Shown: positions 1 through 13,300 of the stretch, piece after piece
Numbering within the stretch: position 1 is the stretch's first letter
Layout: every line of letters begins with the position of its first letter
Assembly: GCA_965153285.1 (NCBI GenBank)
Contig: OZ229113.1
DNA from: Podarcis tiliguerta
Taxonomy: Eukaryota
Length of the DNA stretch: 64,000 bases
Direction: 5' to 3' (one strand)
Notes under the pieces: generated by a model
What the model was told of the DNA's origin: nothing
Database searches by the model: none
What the model saw: the letters and a program-made list of their open reading frames with translations, nothing else
Program-made: the position numbers and the translations under genes

Positions 1-107
1 GTTTCTTCCCCTCCCCCAATATTTTATTCAAGTTGGTACCCCTAGCAAGAAGTATAGTGACAGGGAGATGCAGTGAGAGGGGGCATAACATCAGTTTTGA
101 GTTATCT

Positions 108-209
108 AAAGGTAAAGGGATCCCTGACCATTAGGTCCAGTTGTGACCGACTCTGGGGTTGCAGTGCTTATCTCGCTTTAGTGGCCGAGGGAGCCAGCAT
201 ACAGCTTCC
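108..209 (-). mobile_element. Sauria SINE, 3' fragment
   Basis: aaaggtaaaggg...tgaccattaggtccagt...gactctggggttgc is the reverse complement of the 3' end and ACCTTT tail of the full copies at 6009, 17614, 28182 and 52038. Confidence 0.85.
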
Positions 210-457
210 ATCTACTTGTAATCAAATCAGAATAAGTTTTCCGTATATAGCTTATGTCTCGATCTACCTGCAAACAAATTGGGATGCACGCACAATGAAC
301 AGGCCATTTGAAAGTGGCGCTCGAGATGTGGAGCAGCCCAATAAAACTCCCTATTCAGTGACCAAAGTCTGAACTATGACATTCCATTCAGATATATGTG
401 CTTGGGCTAATAGTAGGTAGGGATAAGCATTGTGAGATCCTTGTTGGTGGCCAGACT

Positions 458-592
458 CATGAACGTAGCCAGGATTTTTGTTTGGGGGGGGGCAGGCCTT
501 TTGTTATGGGGGGCAGAACCTTAGCTATGTTTTCTTGTTGATTTTTATTGATGGGGGGGGCAGCTGCAACTCCCCCCTTGGCTACGCCCATT
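458..592. mobile_element. Short hAT-like non-autonomous DNA transposon (MITE), degenerate
   Basis: Imperfect TIRs catgaacgtagcca / tggctacgcccatt. Flanks gccagact / gccaggca are a possible decayed 8-bp TSD. The TIR core GCGTAGC resembles the element at 47469. Confidence 0.6.
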
Positions 593-839
593 GCCAGGCA
601 ATCAGAAAAATCTTTATTTGCCTCAGCCACTAGCCATAGCAATAAAAATAAAACGAACTGAAGACAAGAGGTAAAAACTATAGAAAATATATGTTGGGGG
701 TTACATCAATAATAAATAATAGATATTGTTCCAATTTGCCCGTCTAAAAGCATTGCAGCTTTCGCCAGACTTAAGCTTTGAACAGGTAAAGATTTTTAGG
801 ATCTCTTCTAGGTGTCTTAAGCTGACATGGAGACGCAGC

Positions 840-1700
840 GCATAGTTAACTCGCCTTGCGACCTATGTTTCGCCCTCTTTTTAGAGAGCGACTGTCGCTC
901 AAAGGAACCCTTTTGCCAATCACAGCAGCACTTTAAGTTACAGGTAGGTAGCCGTGTTGGTCTGCCGTAGTCGAAACAAAATTTAAAAATTCCTTCCAGC
1001 AGCACCTTGGAGACCAACTAAGTTTGTTACTGGTATGAACTTTCCTGTGCATGCACACTTTAAATGAGACTTTAAATTTAAATGAGCACTTTAAATGAGA
1101 GCAAAGAGGCTTTTCCCGGACAAAAACCCTCTTGCAATCCTGCAAAGCCCCTGCCAAAAGGGAACAAGAAACAACGGGGGGGGGGGAGCAAACGAGGAAA
1201 GGAGCCGTAAGGGAGAAGCGGGGGCGGCGCTTTCCTCAGAGGTGGCGCCTTTTTCCCCCGGCTCCTCCTTCCAGAACCGTAGGAGCCTCGAGTACGCAGG
1301 CGCGAGCGCGGGAACCGGGAACCGGGGTTTGAGTTTCTGACGAACTTTCTGCCCGCGCAGTCCGGGGTGGCTCTCCCGGTCCTTCTTGCAGGTACGTGAG
1401 GAAAGAGCCAGGAGGGGGAGGGGAGACTCTTGGGTGGAAGCTGTACGGAAACGGGCAGCGGGCTCCTCTCTCCTCCTGCTTCCGAGGGAGAACCATCTGC
1501 TTCCCTCCCTCCGCCGCCCCCCGCCGGGAGTTTCTACGGAAGCAAAGGCGTTTGGCGTGTAGGGCGATAACTAGGGTCCTCCAGGTCCCTTGAGTGATGC
1601 TCACCGCCTTCCCTGCGGTATATCATAAACACGGGCGTGCATGTCAAGGTGTCTGCGCAGGTGGTGCAACGTCACGTGGCGTTATGGGTCGGGGAGGGTG
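840..1700 (+). promoter_or_regulatory. CpG-island-like promoter of CHAF1B with E2F-type site
   Basis: Sharp rise in GC and CpG, densest at ~1170-1700, in an otherwise CpG-depleted window. GC boxes are present. GCGCGGGAA at 1306-1314 (reverse TTCCCGCGC) is E2F-like, fitting an S-phase gene. It lies ~1.3 kb upstream of the ATG exon. Confidence 0.75.
1300..1391 (+). other. CHAF1B: Probable non-coding exon 1 of CHAF1B (start approximate)
   Basis: Good donor CAG|GTACGT at 1391/1392 inside the CpG island. The ATG exon starts at an acceptor (…tttgctttgaaaag|G ATG, 2670/2671), so an upstream exon is required. Confidence 0.55.
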
Positions 1701-2149
1701 CCTACACTGCAGGGGGAGGTGGATGCCATTGAGTTATGTGGTCCAGGAAGTGCTAGTGTGGAGAGAATGGGCTGAAATCAGCCCAGCCATGAGAAGGTGA
1801 GGGCAGTTCTAGCAAGGCTGCGGGTCATCAACGAGCCCTGCCGCCCGCAGCAACTGTCTATGAGACATGCACTTGCCTGCTTTCCAGGATTATAATGTAT
1901 TGAGGTCAGAAGATGTTTGTGATGTGCTTTGAAGTACATCATTGGGAAAGTGCTGGCATTATTATTATTATTAATCTCCACTCTCACAGAAAGAGCTTGG
2001 ATGCTTAACCCATTAGCAGTAAGGAGTGCTCTCCTTAACAAACACACACAAACTTTATGCCTTTGGAAACAAATACCTTGTTTTGCTGCTCATCAGTGAA
2101 GCTCCATGGGAAGTAGTTATTTTCTTTGTCCCACTATATTTTCTTTACT

Positions 2150-2395
2150 TTTCCAGCTATTATTATTATTTAAATTTCTATACCAAAGGGCATCAGAGGG
2201 CAGTTCACAATATAAAAACACAGGGATACATAACAAGCACAAGAACAAGCAAAAACAATGCCACCCACCCACCCCACCTCCAGTCTAAAAGGCCAATGTT
2301 TGTTCAATTAGCCAAAGGCCTGGGCAAAGAGGAATGATTTTGCCCAGCACCTAAAGGTATGTAACAGGCACCAGGTGAGCCTCCCTGGGGAGAGC
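2150..2395 (-). mobile_element. L2-like LINE 3' remnant
   Basis: A (TAT)n tail is followed by sequence resembling the other minus-strand L2-type 3' ends (27680-28000, 13385-13720). The family assignment is from recall. Confidence 0.4.
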
Positions 2396-2671
2396 AACTG
2401 CCTTAATAGTATATATACATATGGGAAGGAAAGAACAGGAGTGACAATCCATGTCTATAACCACTGTATTTTTAAAATGCATCTTGTGCAACGTGCTACA
2501 ATAACTTACAACTGAATTAAACAATATAAGATAAGATAATATATTACTACTATGAAAAATTGTATTCCCGTGCCTGTGAAAACTGCTCAGTTCATTATCA
2601 CATGGAACAGTGCATCACTTTTGAGTTTCATTGCTCTGGAAGTCAAAATGTCTGTGTTTGCTTTGAAAAGG

Positions 2672-2797
2672 ATGAAAGTATTCACTTGTGAAATTGCATG
2701 GCACAATAAAGAGCCAGTGTACAGCTTAGACTTTCAACATGGCACTGATGGAAAAATCAATAGATTGGCTTCTGCTGGAGTGGACACTGCTGTTCGT
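2672..2797 (+). CDS. CHAF1B: CHAF1B coding exon 1 ([10 protein letters not shown]...VDTAVR)
   Basis: ATG at 2672; donor CGT|GTGAGT; 126 nt. Confidence 0.96.
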
Positions 2798-5700
2798 GTG
2801 AGTCACAAACATTAATCTATGGGATACTGCTAAATCTATATTTGTACAAATGTAACAAGAGAGAAACATTTATGTTTGTAGGGGGCAAGAGCAGAGTAAC
2901 TCTCCTTATTTCTGTAAACAAATCTTGATCTACATCTCCTGGCTACAACACAGAGACAGGGCTAATGCTACAATTGTTTTAACTGTTTAATTTTTTAACA
3001 TTTGTGTGGGACTTTTGTTGTTGTTTGTTTTAATTGAGGGAGAGGAGAGGAGAACTCCAGCTGAACACTGGTTACGGCTCATCAGTGAGCCTAAGTAGTA
3101 GCCATGAAGGAAGCCACACTTTGCTACCTCCATTGCATCCTTATTGTGCTGTCCGGCAAAGCTTTTTGAGTAACTAAATTGACTAATTAATTGCTTGTAA
3201 GCCGCTCTGAGCCCGGCCTTGGCTGGGGAGGGTGGGGTATAAATAAAAATTATTATTATTATTATTATTAATTAAATAATCTATGGCCTTTTAAATGGGG
3301 GGGGGAGTATTGTTTTTGTTTGTCATTACGGTATATATTTTTGTGTTTTTATATTGTAAACTGTCCTGTAATCTTTGGATGACGGGTGGTATAGAAAAGG
3401 AATGAATGAATGAAAAATAAATATTATAAAGTTTCTTTGTAGTATGTTGTGTTTAATTTTACAGGTATGAAAATAATTGTAGCTAAATTATGTGAGATCA
3501 CTATAAATGTGTCAATGGATATTATATATGAGGTTCGGGTTTGAAAGAGGACTGTTTGTATTATAAAATGAGTTGTCAAAAGTTAAGTATCTTTTTAGTT
3601 ATCTTGACATTTATGTTCTCTTTTATGATGAGTATGTATGTCTCTCAAAAATCAGTGAAATTCATGTTCATGAAATTTCATGAGGTTTTGGGATATGCTT
3701 GTTTACTGTCTCTGACTATAATATTTCATAACTAGATATGGAAAGTAGAAAAGGGACCAGATGGGAAAGCAATTGTGGAATTCTTGTCCAATTTAGCTCG
3801 CCATACCAAAGCTGTGAATGTTGTGCGTTTTGCTCCCAATGGTGAGATTCTAGCATCTGGTGGAGATGGTATGTATTAAATCAATACTGAACTCTTCCCA
3901 TTTAATTGATTATTTTGTAATTTGTAATAATATAATGTATCTAATTTAATACTATATATTCCGTTACAAAGGACCACATACAATAGCACCTCAGATAACC
4001 AATTAATACAAAATTAGATGGATAAGTGGATATTCTGAACCCTAGATATTTTTTAAAAAGAAAAATACTGTTTTCATTAACAGAACAAATGTACTGAATC
4101 ATATAGACAGAATGGATATTACAGTAATACAAATTATATCCTTTACATTGTTGAAATTTTTAAAAGTCTTATTACATTTGTATCCTACCTTTCTTCCAAG
4201 GAGCTCAAGCTGGTGTTCATAGTTCTCTCCCCATTTTATCCTCACAACTACCCTGTGAAGTAGGTCAGGCTAAGATACGATGACTGACTCAAGGGGGTTT
4301 GAACCCTGGTCTCCCAGATCCTCGTTCAACAATACAACACTACACGCACCAATAAACTAAAGTAATATTCACAACCTCCTCTTAAACATTCTTGCATGTT
4401 TTTGATCTGTTCCAGTATAGCTCGAAAAAAATCTTGCTCAGTTTTTTAATGACTTTCATCAGATTTTAGACTGTCCACATTATTTATAACCTCTTTGACA
4501 ATGTTGTGCATAGTTTTTCCAAAAATATAATCATCTATCATGTAAAATGTTTTGAAGACTGGGCAGGTGAAACACAGTGATTATTACACTGAAATCCTCA
4601 AAACTATTTCACTGAAATGAAAAAAAAATCAATAATAAGTTGACTCACTCGTGTGAAATGGCAGTTTACCCAATCTTAGACCAAACACCTTGTCCAGAAG
4701 CACAAAAATATTTGGCTATAATTTTTTTTTAGCTCTGCTGCTTGGGGTAAAAATGTCCTTATGATTTTGTACATTTTCAGATGTTTTAAAATGTTTTGAA
4801 TACATTTTTTAAAATTTAATAACCTTGTTCTACCACTTTGATGCTTGCCACCTTAGGCTTCTTTGGGAGGACAGGTAGGGTGAAGACCTGATAATTAATT
4901 AATTAATTAATTAACACAAAAACAAATGTTTTGTATATTGTCCAGTGAAATCCAAGCATATCTACTCAGAAGTAACCCCTGTTGTGTTCATTGGAGCTTA
5001 CTCCCAGGTTTGTAGCCTAATCACGGCTACTAGTGTGTAGTATATAATACTGCACTGTCGTGATAAAATGACGGGGAGAATGAAGTTGTGAAAAATGTTC
5101 TCATTGAGATTAATTTTCACAGATGCTGCGATTTTGTTGTGGAAGTTGAATGATAACAAAGAGCAAGAGCCAACAGTATTTCAGGATGGCGATGATGATA
5201 ACCAACTAAACAAGGAGAACTGGACAGTAATTAAAACTTTAAGGTAAGATTTGTTGCTTTTGGTTAAGTTTCACTGAGTGATCTATTCAGTTTTAATAGC
5301 AGCTGCTGGCAGTATCACACTTCATTTTTTAAAAAATAGTTTATTATAGCTGCAACCTTTAATTTTTAGGAGTTATAGCTTTGTGGTTTATCTTCAGGAC
5401 TTTCTAGATTCCAAGAAGTAAGGCAAAAGTAAAAAATACATGGAGTCAGCATACTTGTATCTTATATAGTTTTTTCTTTTCTGTGTTTCTAATTCATAAC
5501 TGTTTGGTAAGTTTATGGAAAATGAATGAATGAAAGAGATAGCTAGATAGATGATAGAGATGTATTAAGATTACCAGTTTCTGTATCTGTTTCTTCACTT
5601 CTGCTTGCTCTTCTGCTCCTCCCTCTGTTTCTCACACACTGAGGGTTGGTGGACCCTCCTGAACAGAGTTTGGTGTTGTGAAGTGCAATGCTGGGAGAAG

Positions 5701-7267
5701 ATGGGAAATGGGACATGCATCATTTTATGTCACCCTCCTTGCAATATGGGGGTAAAAGAAAAGTGAGTGTATGTTGCCCATAACTTCGTTGCCCTCTGTG
5801 TCTGTGCTTAATTCCAGAGGTCATTTGGAAGATGTGTATGATATTTGCTGGACCCCTGATGGAAACTTCATGGCATCTGCATCAGTTGACAACACAGCTA
5901 TAATGTGGGATGTCAGTAAAGGTAATTGCTATGATTTTGTTTTTATGTAAACCTATCCTTTCTTCTCGAGTTTTTCCCAGAGTTTTAGACTTTAGGACTG
6001 CTGTACCTGGGACGCGGGTGGCACTGTGGTCTAAACCACAGAGCCTAGGGCTTGCCGATCAGAAGGTCGGCGGTTCGAATCCCCACGACGGGGTGAGCTC
6101 CCGTTGCTCAGTCCCTGCTCCTGCCAACCTAGCAGTTCGAAAGCACGTCAAAGTGCAAGTAGATAAATAGGTACTGCTCCGGCAGGAAGGTAAGCTGCCT
6201 TTCCGTATGCTGCTCTGGTTCGCCAGAAGCGGCTTCGTCATGCTGGCCACATGACCCGGAAGCTGTACGCTGGCTCTGTTGGCCAGTAAAGCGAGATGAG
6301 CGCTGCAACCCCAGAGTCATTCACGACTGGACCTAACAGTCAGGGGTCCCTTTACCTTTACCTGGGAAATATGCTCTGAAAATCTTGGCAAACTGCTATT
6401 AACATTCCTGTCCGGTATGAAAATAATGGTTTGATTCATTATTAAGGTAATCCAGCGCTATTGTATTCTCTGTGGCCTTCAACAGGTCTATGGTCTCACA
6501 CTACTTTAGGGTTGTCTACTTGAAGGTTGGCTTTTAGGATAAGCACAATAAAGATTAAGCATGTTGATAAATAATGACCATGGTAGTTGTCTACTGGATA
6601 GAAAATAATGCTGTTTTTGTAAAACTGTGGGGTTCAAACAGATTTGTAGGTGGAATGCCTTGTTAGGAGGCAGGAATACGGCCTATTAAAAGTCTTTTAA
6701 AATTAGATCAGTGTCTATTCTGATTTGTGGGTGTGTCAGTTTTCCAAGCAAACAATATTTCAGAGGTAGCCATAATTTTGAGTTTCTACTTCATTTGGGC
6801 TCATGGAAGCTCCTCCATGTAAAACAATGGTTTAGCATTGTGTAGAAGCCACACCAAAGAGAATGATAGATCCAAATTATTTCTGCATTAGTTATCATAT
6901 GACATCTCATTTAAAAAGCAATTCACTGTTAATATTACTTCCAGGGCAAAAGGTTTCTATTTTTAATGAACACAAAAGTTACGTTCAAGGAGTAACCTGG
7001 GACCCTGCAGGACAGTATATTGCAACTCTTAGTTGTGATAGGTAAGTCATTAATGCTGGGGAAGAGAAATTTCCATTGATGTCTTTTACTTTTTATATTT
7101 TGTTTCCTATAGTGTTTAGAATAGTTCATTATTTAAATGCTAGCTTTCCTGAATGGAATGCATTTGGTTGCTTTAAAATGCCTATTTCCCTTAGTCCTGT
7201 AGGATCGCCTTGTTTCCACTGTTGTGAATAAGACCAGTGCTATAGTGTCTTCTACTCGCTACCCTTT

Positions 7268-7322
<55 letters not shown>

Positions 7323-10300
7323 ACATACCTTCTCAAAAAGCCAGGAAATATATCATTAGGGGGCAGGTGCTATAATAATCATACAGAACATAAAAGAAGG
7401 TGGGTGTTTTGTTTGTAATTAACCGCTTTCCTTTTTATGTAGAGTTTTGAGAGTATATAATACGCAGACTAAGAGAGTGGCATTTAACGTTACCAAAATG
7501 CCGTCGGGCAGAGGATCTGAAGGAGAGGTCAGAATTTTTTGTTTTTTAAAAAAACTGATGTTTCAAAACATAATTCTTGGTGGGTTGAGGGAATTTTCTC
7601 TCTGGTTACACGTCTAAAGAAGTTATTATTTTTATTTTATTACTTCCTAAAATTTATATGCCACTTGATTGCAGAAAACCTCAAAGTGGTTTACAACCTG
7701 TAAAGAAGTTATTGGTATAAATATTATCTTATCACTGGAAATACAAATAGCAGAGCAACAGGGTAAATTCTGTCTGTCTGTTCTTCATTCTGTTTTCTTC
7801 AACCTTCTCTCCCCCTGCAAACTGGAAAGGGAGAGGAAGTGAGAAGGCAAACATTGATCCTATTCCCCTTATATGCAGCAAATATGAACTATTTCTGTTG
7901 CACTTCCTTTCTTATTCTGACCCATCCAACTATTGCTCCCTCATTCCTCCCCACCCTGAAGCATTACTCAAAGGAAGGTGCAGAACAGGTATTTTTTAAT
8001 GAAGGAAAATCTATGGTACATCTTTCATTCAGGGTTGCTTCAAACCTAAAGAGAGAGAGAATATCAATATACAGTCGTACCTCGGGTTAAGTACTTAATT
8101 TGTTCCGGAGGTCCGTTCTTAACCTGAAACTGTTCTTAACCTGAAGCACCACTTTAGCTAATGGGGCCTCCTGCTGCTGCCGTGCCGCCGGAGCACGATT
8201 TCTGTTCTCATCCTGAAGCAAAGTTCTTAACCTGAAGCACTATTTCTGGGTTAGCGGAGTCTGTAACCTGAAGCGTCTGTAACCCGAAGTGTATGTAACC
8301 CGAGGTACCACTGTACTTGTACCATGAAAAGCCTTTTGCACCAACACTTCTCACATTGTGGTAAACCGCTTTCTACACAAGGATAGCTTCATGTTGGAAA
8401 ACTGCAATGTGTGAAGCAGCGTTTACTAATAAATGAATCTAGATCAGGATTACGTAAATGTAAGGCCTAGTTAGTTTTCTATGGCTATGCAAATAAAGTG
8501 GACTTCATTTTCACCATTATAGTTCCAAGGCACATGGGAGTATTTCTAGAATCACAATCCCTTGAACTCTGTGAAGTGGTTCAGTGTGACTGTTGGATAC
8601 ATCTGTAAGAACTGAATGGATGTACAGTGGAACCTCGGTTTTCAAACATAATCTGTTCCAGAAAACCGTTCAACTTCTGAAACATTCGAAAACCAAGGAT
8701 CAAAGGGCTATTGGCAAATTCCAGTGAGAAAAATGAGAAACACACCTCAGAAGGTGTTCAACTTCCAAGGCGCATTCAAAAACAGAAGTATTCACTTCCG
8801 GGTTTTCGGTGTTTGGCTGCTGAAATGTTTGGCAGCCAAGACATTCAAAAACTGAGGTTCCACTGTATCTAAAGGAAATAGGGAGACTAGTCCTTAGCTG
8901 TAGAGTGCTCTAGCCTTTCCATTAAAAGGACACACAGAATGGATGCATGTTCTTAGTTGTACAGTAACTGGGAGTAAGTAGCTGTTGTCAAATTTAATTG
9001 TTGTCAAATTCTTCAGGTAAAAAGCTATCGAATGTTTCATGATGACAGCATGAAGTCCTTCTTTCGGAGGCTTACTTTTACACCTGATGGCTCTCTGCTT
9101 CTTGTTCCTGGTAAGTGCAGATATTTCATTTCCTTCATCCAGCCCTGCAGCAAAGAATGGCGTGTGGTGTTTTCAGCATTTGGTGAAAAACCGCTCGTGT
9201 CTATTAGAATTTATTACCAAACACATGCTTTCTCTCTCCTCCAGGAATTTTGTAATATTTCCATTACGGTATAAATAAAATAATAATAAATAAAGATGAT
9301 GGCCAGCATTAGTCACACTTCGAATAGATCAGTTGAAATCAATGGATTTAAATCGAATACCCCTATAAAATTAATAAACCAAAAATGGTGGCAAGCTTTT
9401 CAACCCAATAAAATATTTCTGCCTTGAAAACACTAGGAATGAACTAAAAGAAAAGTAATTCAGTATGTGCAGCTGCATGTTTCCCCTTCTTTCTTCATGT
9501 ATCCATATTACAATCTGTCATATGTTTGTACCAGTGCCACATTTCCCTACTCTTTAAGTCTCCATTCACCGCTTGCCGCACAGGAGATCCTATCCCATTT
9601 GAATCATGTTGGGAAAACCAATATAATTACCCTTCTGACATTGTTTTTTTGTTTTTTGGTCTTTCCGTTGTACATGTAAAACCAAAACACTTTAAATTAA
9701 ATCATTGGCGCAAAAAGCTAGTCTTTTTTATTTTAAGTGAGCCAAGGAGATCAAATCTCAGTAGTGTTTCTCATTAAAGCTTTTCTGGCAAAATATATCT
9801 GCATCCACATTGCTTGCATTCATTCCCTCACAGAGTCGATCACCAAATTAACACTGTGATTCTATACCCACTTACCTTGGAGTAAGCCCAGTTAAACTTA
9901 ATGGGACTTACTTCCAAGCAGACATAGACAGAATTACACTGTAAGTTACTGCACTTGCAGCCTGATGCTAAATATGTTTGGTGCTGTTTTGACTGCCATA
10001 CCAGAAGAGAAAACTTTCTTCAGTTCAAAACCTGAGACTGAGTAAATGGCTCGTTCTGCCATTTCTTCCTCCTAAATCAGGCATCCCCAAACTTGGCCCT
10101 CCAACTGTTTTGGGACTACAATTCCCACCATCCCTGAGCACTGGTCCTGTTAGCTAGGGATAATGAGAGTTGTGGTCCAAAAACAGCTGGGGGGGGGGGC
10201 GAGTTTGGGGGTGCCTGCCCTAATTGATGTGTCTTACCAATAGGAAAAGAGTAATAGAGCTATTTTGATATTGAGCTGCTTTTTATTATGTATCTGTTAT

Positions 10301-13300
10301 GAAGCTGATATCAATTATCTTTGATAGGACGACGCTATAGATAACAATGTAGTGGTGTATTTGTATTTATTATGCCTTTGTTATGAAACACTTGAGTTTA
10401 ATGTTTACAGAAATCTAGTATAAAATGAAAGTGACTATTTGTTAAGAAGCAAGTCTCAGTGCAGCTTTCAATATTTGCATTCCTTTTCCCAGTTTATGCA
10501 CCATTTCTAACATTTCAAAACAAGCTGCTTGTATTTTTTCAAACATTTTGGCAAGATTGCCCTCTATAAGATGACAGTTTCATTTGACTTGAGGCATTCC
10601 TAGTTTTGCAGTATTGTGATGAGAGTACCATGTCCAAAATTAGGCAGTGCCCCCTTGATGATGCCAATACAAATAACACTCTAAAATCAGCCTCATTAGT
10701 GACCCACATTTAACTAACAAAGCCCACATATTTAATACTGTTTGCATACAAGTCTGTTTGCAAGTTTGCACTGTCCTGTTACTGATTTTGCATTAGAAAT
10801 GTAGGCTGTAAGCAGAAGATGAATAGTGCAAAATGTACACTGTACTCCCAAGAAAAATTGGGAGATCATGTAAATTTGTAGCCAAAGTAAAAAATGCAAA
10901 TTGATTACAAGTTGATGATATGCAACACACATTTGGCATTAATACTGAGCCCCTAAGTGCATTCCTGTAGGTTGAAGTCACATTGTGAGTTGTTGGAAAT
11001 CTTAGTAACAATAGGAGGGACCCTAAAGTTTGGTTTATGTTAGTGTTTGGGGATTTTTTGGTTAAGTAATAGCCTTAAAGATTATGTGCAAAACTAACAT
11101 GATGGCACTACTTTAACTTTCTCAGCAGGCTGTGTGGAATCAGGAGAAAATGTAACAAACACTACTTACGTTTTTTCCAGAAAAAATCTGAAAAGGTACG
11201 GTCTTACTGGATGTACTTTCATTCATATTTTAAATTCATATGGCAAATGCCATTTCCTTAAAAAAATCCTCTACTGCTTCTTATTAGGCCTATAGCTCAT
11301 TTACCTTGTCCCGGAAAGGCAACCTTAGCCGTTCGTTGCTGCCCAGTCTACTTTGAACTCAGGTCTGCACTTAACAAAGGTATTGTAAATCCTTTCGAGA
11401 ATATATTGTAGATATTTTGAAGTATATTAAATCTAGCTGTGTTAAAGGGTATACTGTTCAACATCTTAGCTTTCTAATGGTTATTTGGGGTTGCATTGCT
11501 TCACAAATGCTGTTTGCTTATTAAGGATTCAATTTATTTTTTTACATGCTGTTAGAATATTTTTGTACAGGGTAAAAACATTTTAGTATTTGCTAACAGG
11601 TAAATGTCCTAATAAAAGATACCAGGTTCCTCAGACTGAATTGCACGAGGATAGAATCTTTGCATCCTTTCCATATCACTGCAACATAATGTTTTCTTAA
11701 CAGTGCCTTGGTTGCAAATAAAACCTTAAGAGCTAGAAATGTTATTCACTTCTAGCAGTTGTTTCAACTTTCAGAAAATGAGAGGGAAAATGTTGAACAA
11801 TTACTTTTCCAAAAGTATGCATAAGAGCAGCTAGGGGCCAGATCTTTTCTCCCAACCCATGTGCTCCATTCTGAAAGTGCAAGGAACATGCATCCTTTAA
11901 ATGCGTATTTATTAGAGATGTGTAGCATTCATTTGGGAATGTGTTAGACATATTCTTACGTATGTGCTGAACGCATTGTTAAAAAGCAACATTCTTATTT
12001 TTCATTTCTACAGTAGAATTCAAGAGCGAGGTCCTCGAAGTCTTTTATCAGGGGTCAGCAAACCTTTTCAGCAGGGGGCCAGTCCACTGTCCCTCAGACC
12101 TTATGGGGGGCGAGACTATATTTGGGGGGGCGGGGAATGAACAAATTCCTATGCCCCACAAACAACCCAGAGATGCATTTTAAATAAAAGGACACATTCT
12201 ACTCATGTAAAAACACACTGATTCCCAGACCGTCTGCGGACTGGATTTAGAAGGCGATTGGGCTGGATCCGGCCCCCGGGCCTTAGTTTGCCTACCCATG
12301 TCTTTCATCATCCTGAATTGCAGGAGAGGATATGGTTGTGGAAGGCTGAGGGTCTGAAATGGCAAATGGTATTTAATTTGAAACTCTCTTCACATTTTAG
12401 AAGAAGCTTCCAAGAAGACTGGTCTGATAAATCTACCCTATCGGATGGTTTTTGCAGTTGCTTCAGAAGATTCTGTGCTCTTCTATGACACAGAGCAATC
12501 CTTTCCTTTTGGTTATGTGTCTAATATACATTACCATACTATTAGTGACATTTCGTGGTAGGTAATTTGTTTGTTTATTGGATTTATAAGCTGCCTTTCT
12601 GCCAAGACACCCAAGGCAATATACAATTTAAAAACTAAAACACACAAAAAATGAAGACTGAGAGTTGATGGCATATGTGCTTCCTGGCCTGCAGTCCCTG
12701 GCCTTTCTGCCTTCCTTCAGAGCATGCAGGACACTAGTGATTGCTTGTCACAACTGACTTGAGTATTTTTGATATACTGACCAAGACCACATATTTTTTA
12801 ATCTTAGCTTCCATTCTCAGCACCATCAAGCACCTTGTAAATATTTTTCTTCTAGAGGAGCAACAAATATGGAGTCTTGTCAGAGCATTGATTTAACTTT
12901 AGTAAGGCAGAATGCTACTGTAAAACAGAAAATATTACTTTTTCACACATCTGAACTTTCCTGTGTATAGAAAGTCATGTCGTTATGGAACTATGGTGAA
13001 CTTAATTTTAAATGTTACTGCAAGCCTTCTATTTCTCATCATTCTGGGCATGGTCACTAAAATAACTTTCGGCACTGTACGGAAATTGTTCCTTTGTTCA
13101 GCAGTAGCGTGGCCCATCTAAACTTTAACAACAGGAAATTGTTTCCTTTCCATATAGGTAATTGTTTCCTTTCATACAAACCCAGGACTTCAGACTGCTT
13201 GTAGCATTTGGGGATTTGTCATTTATGGCATGGGCCTTGGCGACAATAACCTCTGTGATTACCCGAAGCTCCAAAATGTCTCATTGTCATAACCAAAATT

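Noticed and set aside
2552-2671. N-terminal extension of CHAF1B in ORF 2552-2815
   Set aside because: The sequence upstream of the acceptor at 2670 is intronic, and homology begins at MKVF (2672).
5910-6320. Recurrent ORFs such as [25 protein letters not shown] (also at 28137, 52014 and others)
   Set aside because: These are translations of Sauria SINE copies, not a gene family.
9011-9022. CAG|GTAAAA resembling a recursive splice site
   Set aside because: GTA is simply the first (Val) codon of the exon. The donor match is weak and the intron is short.
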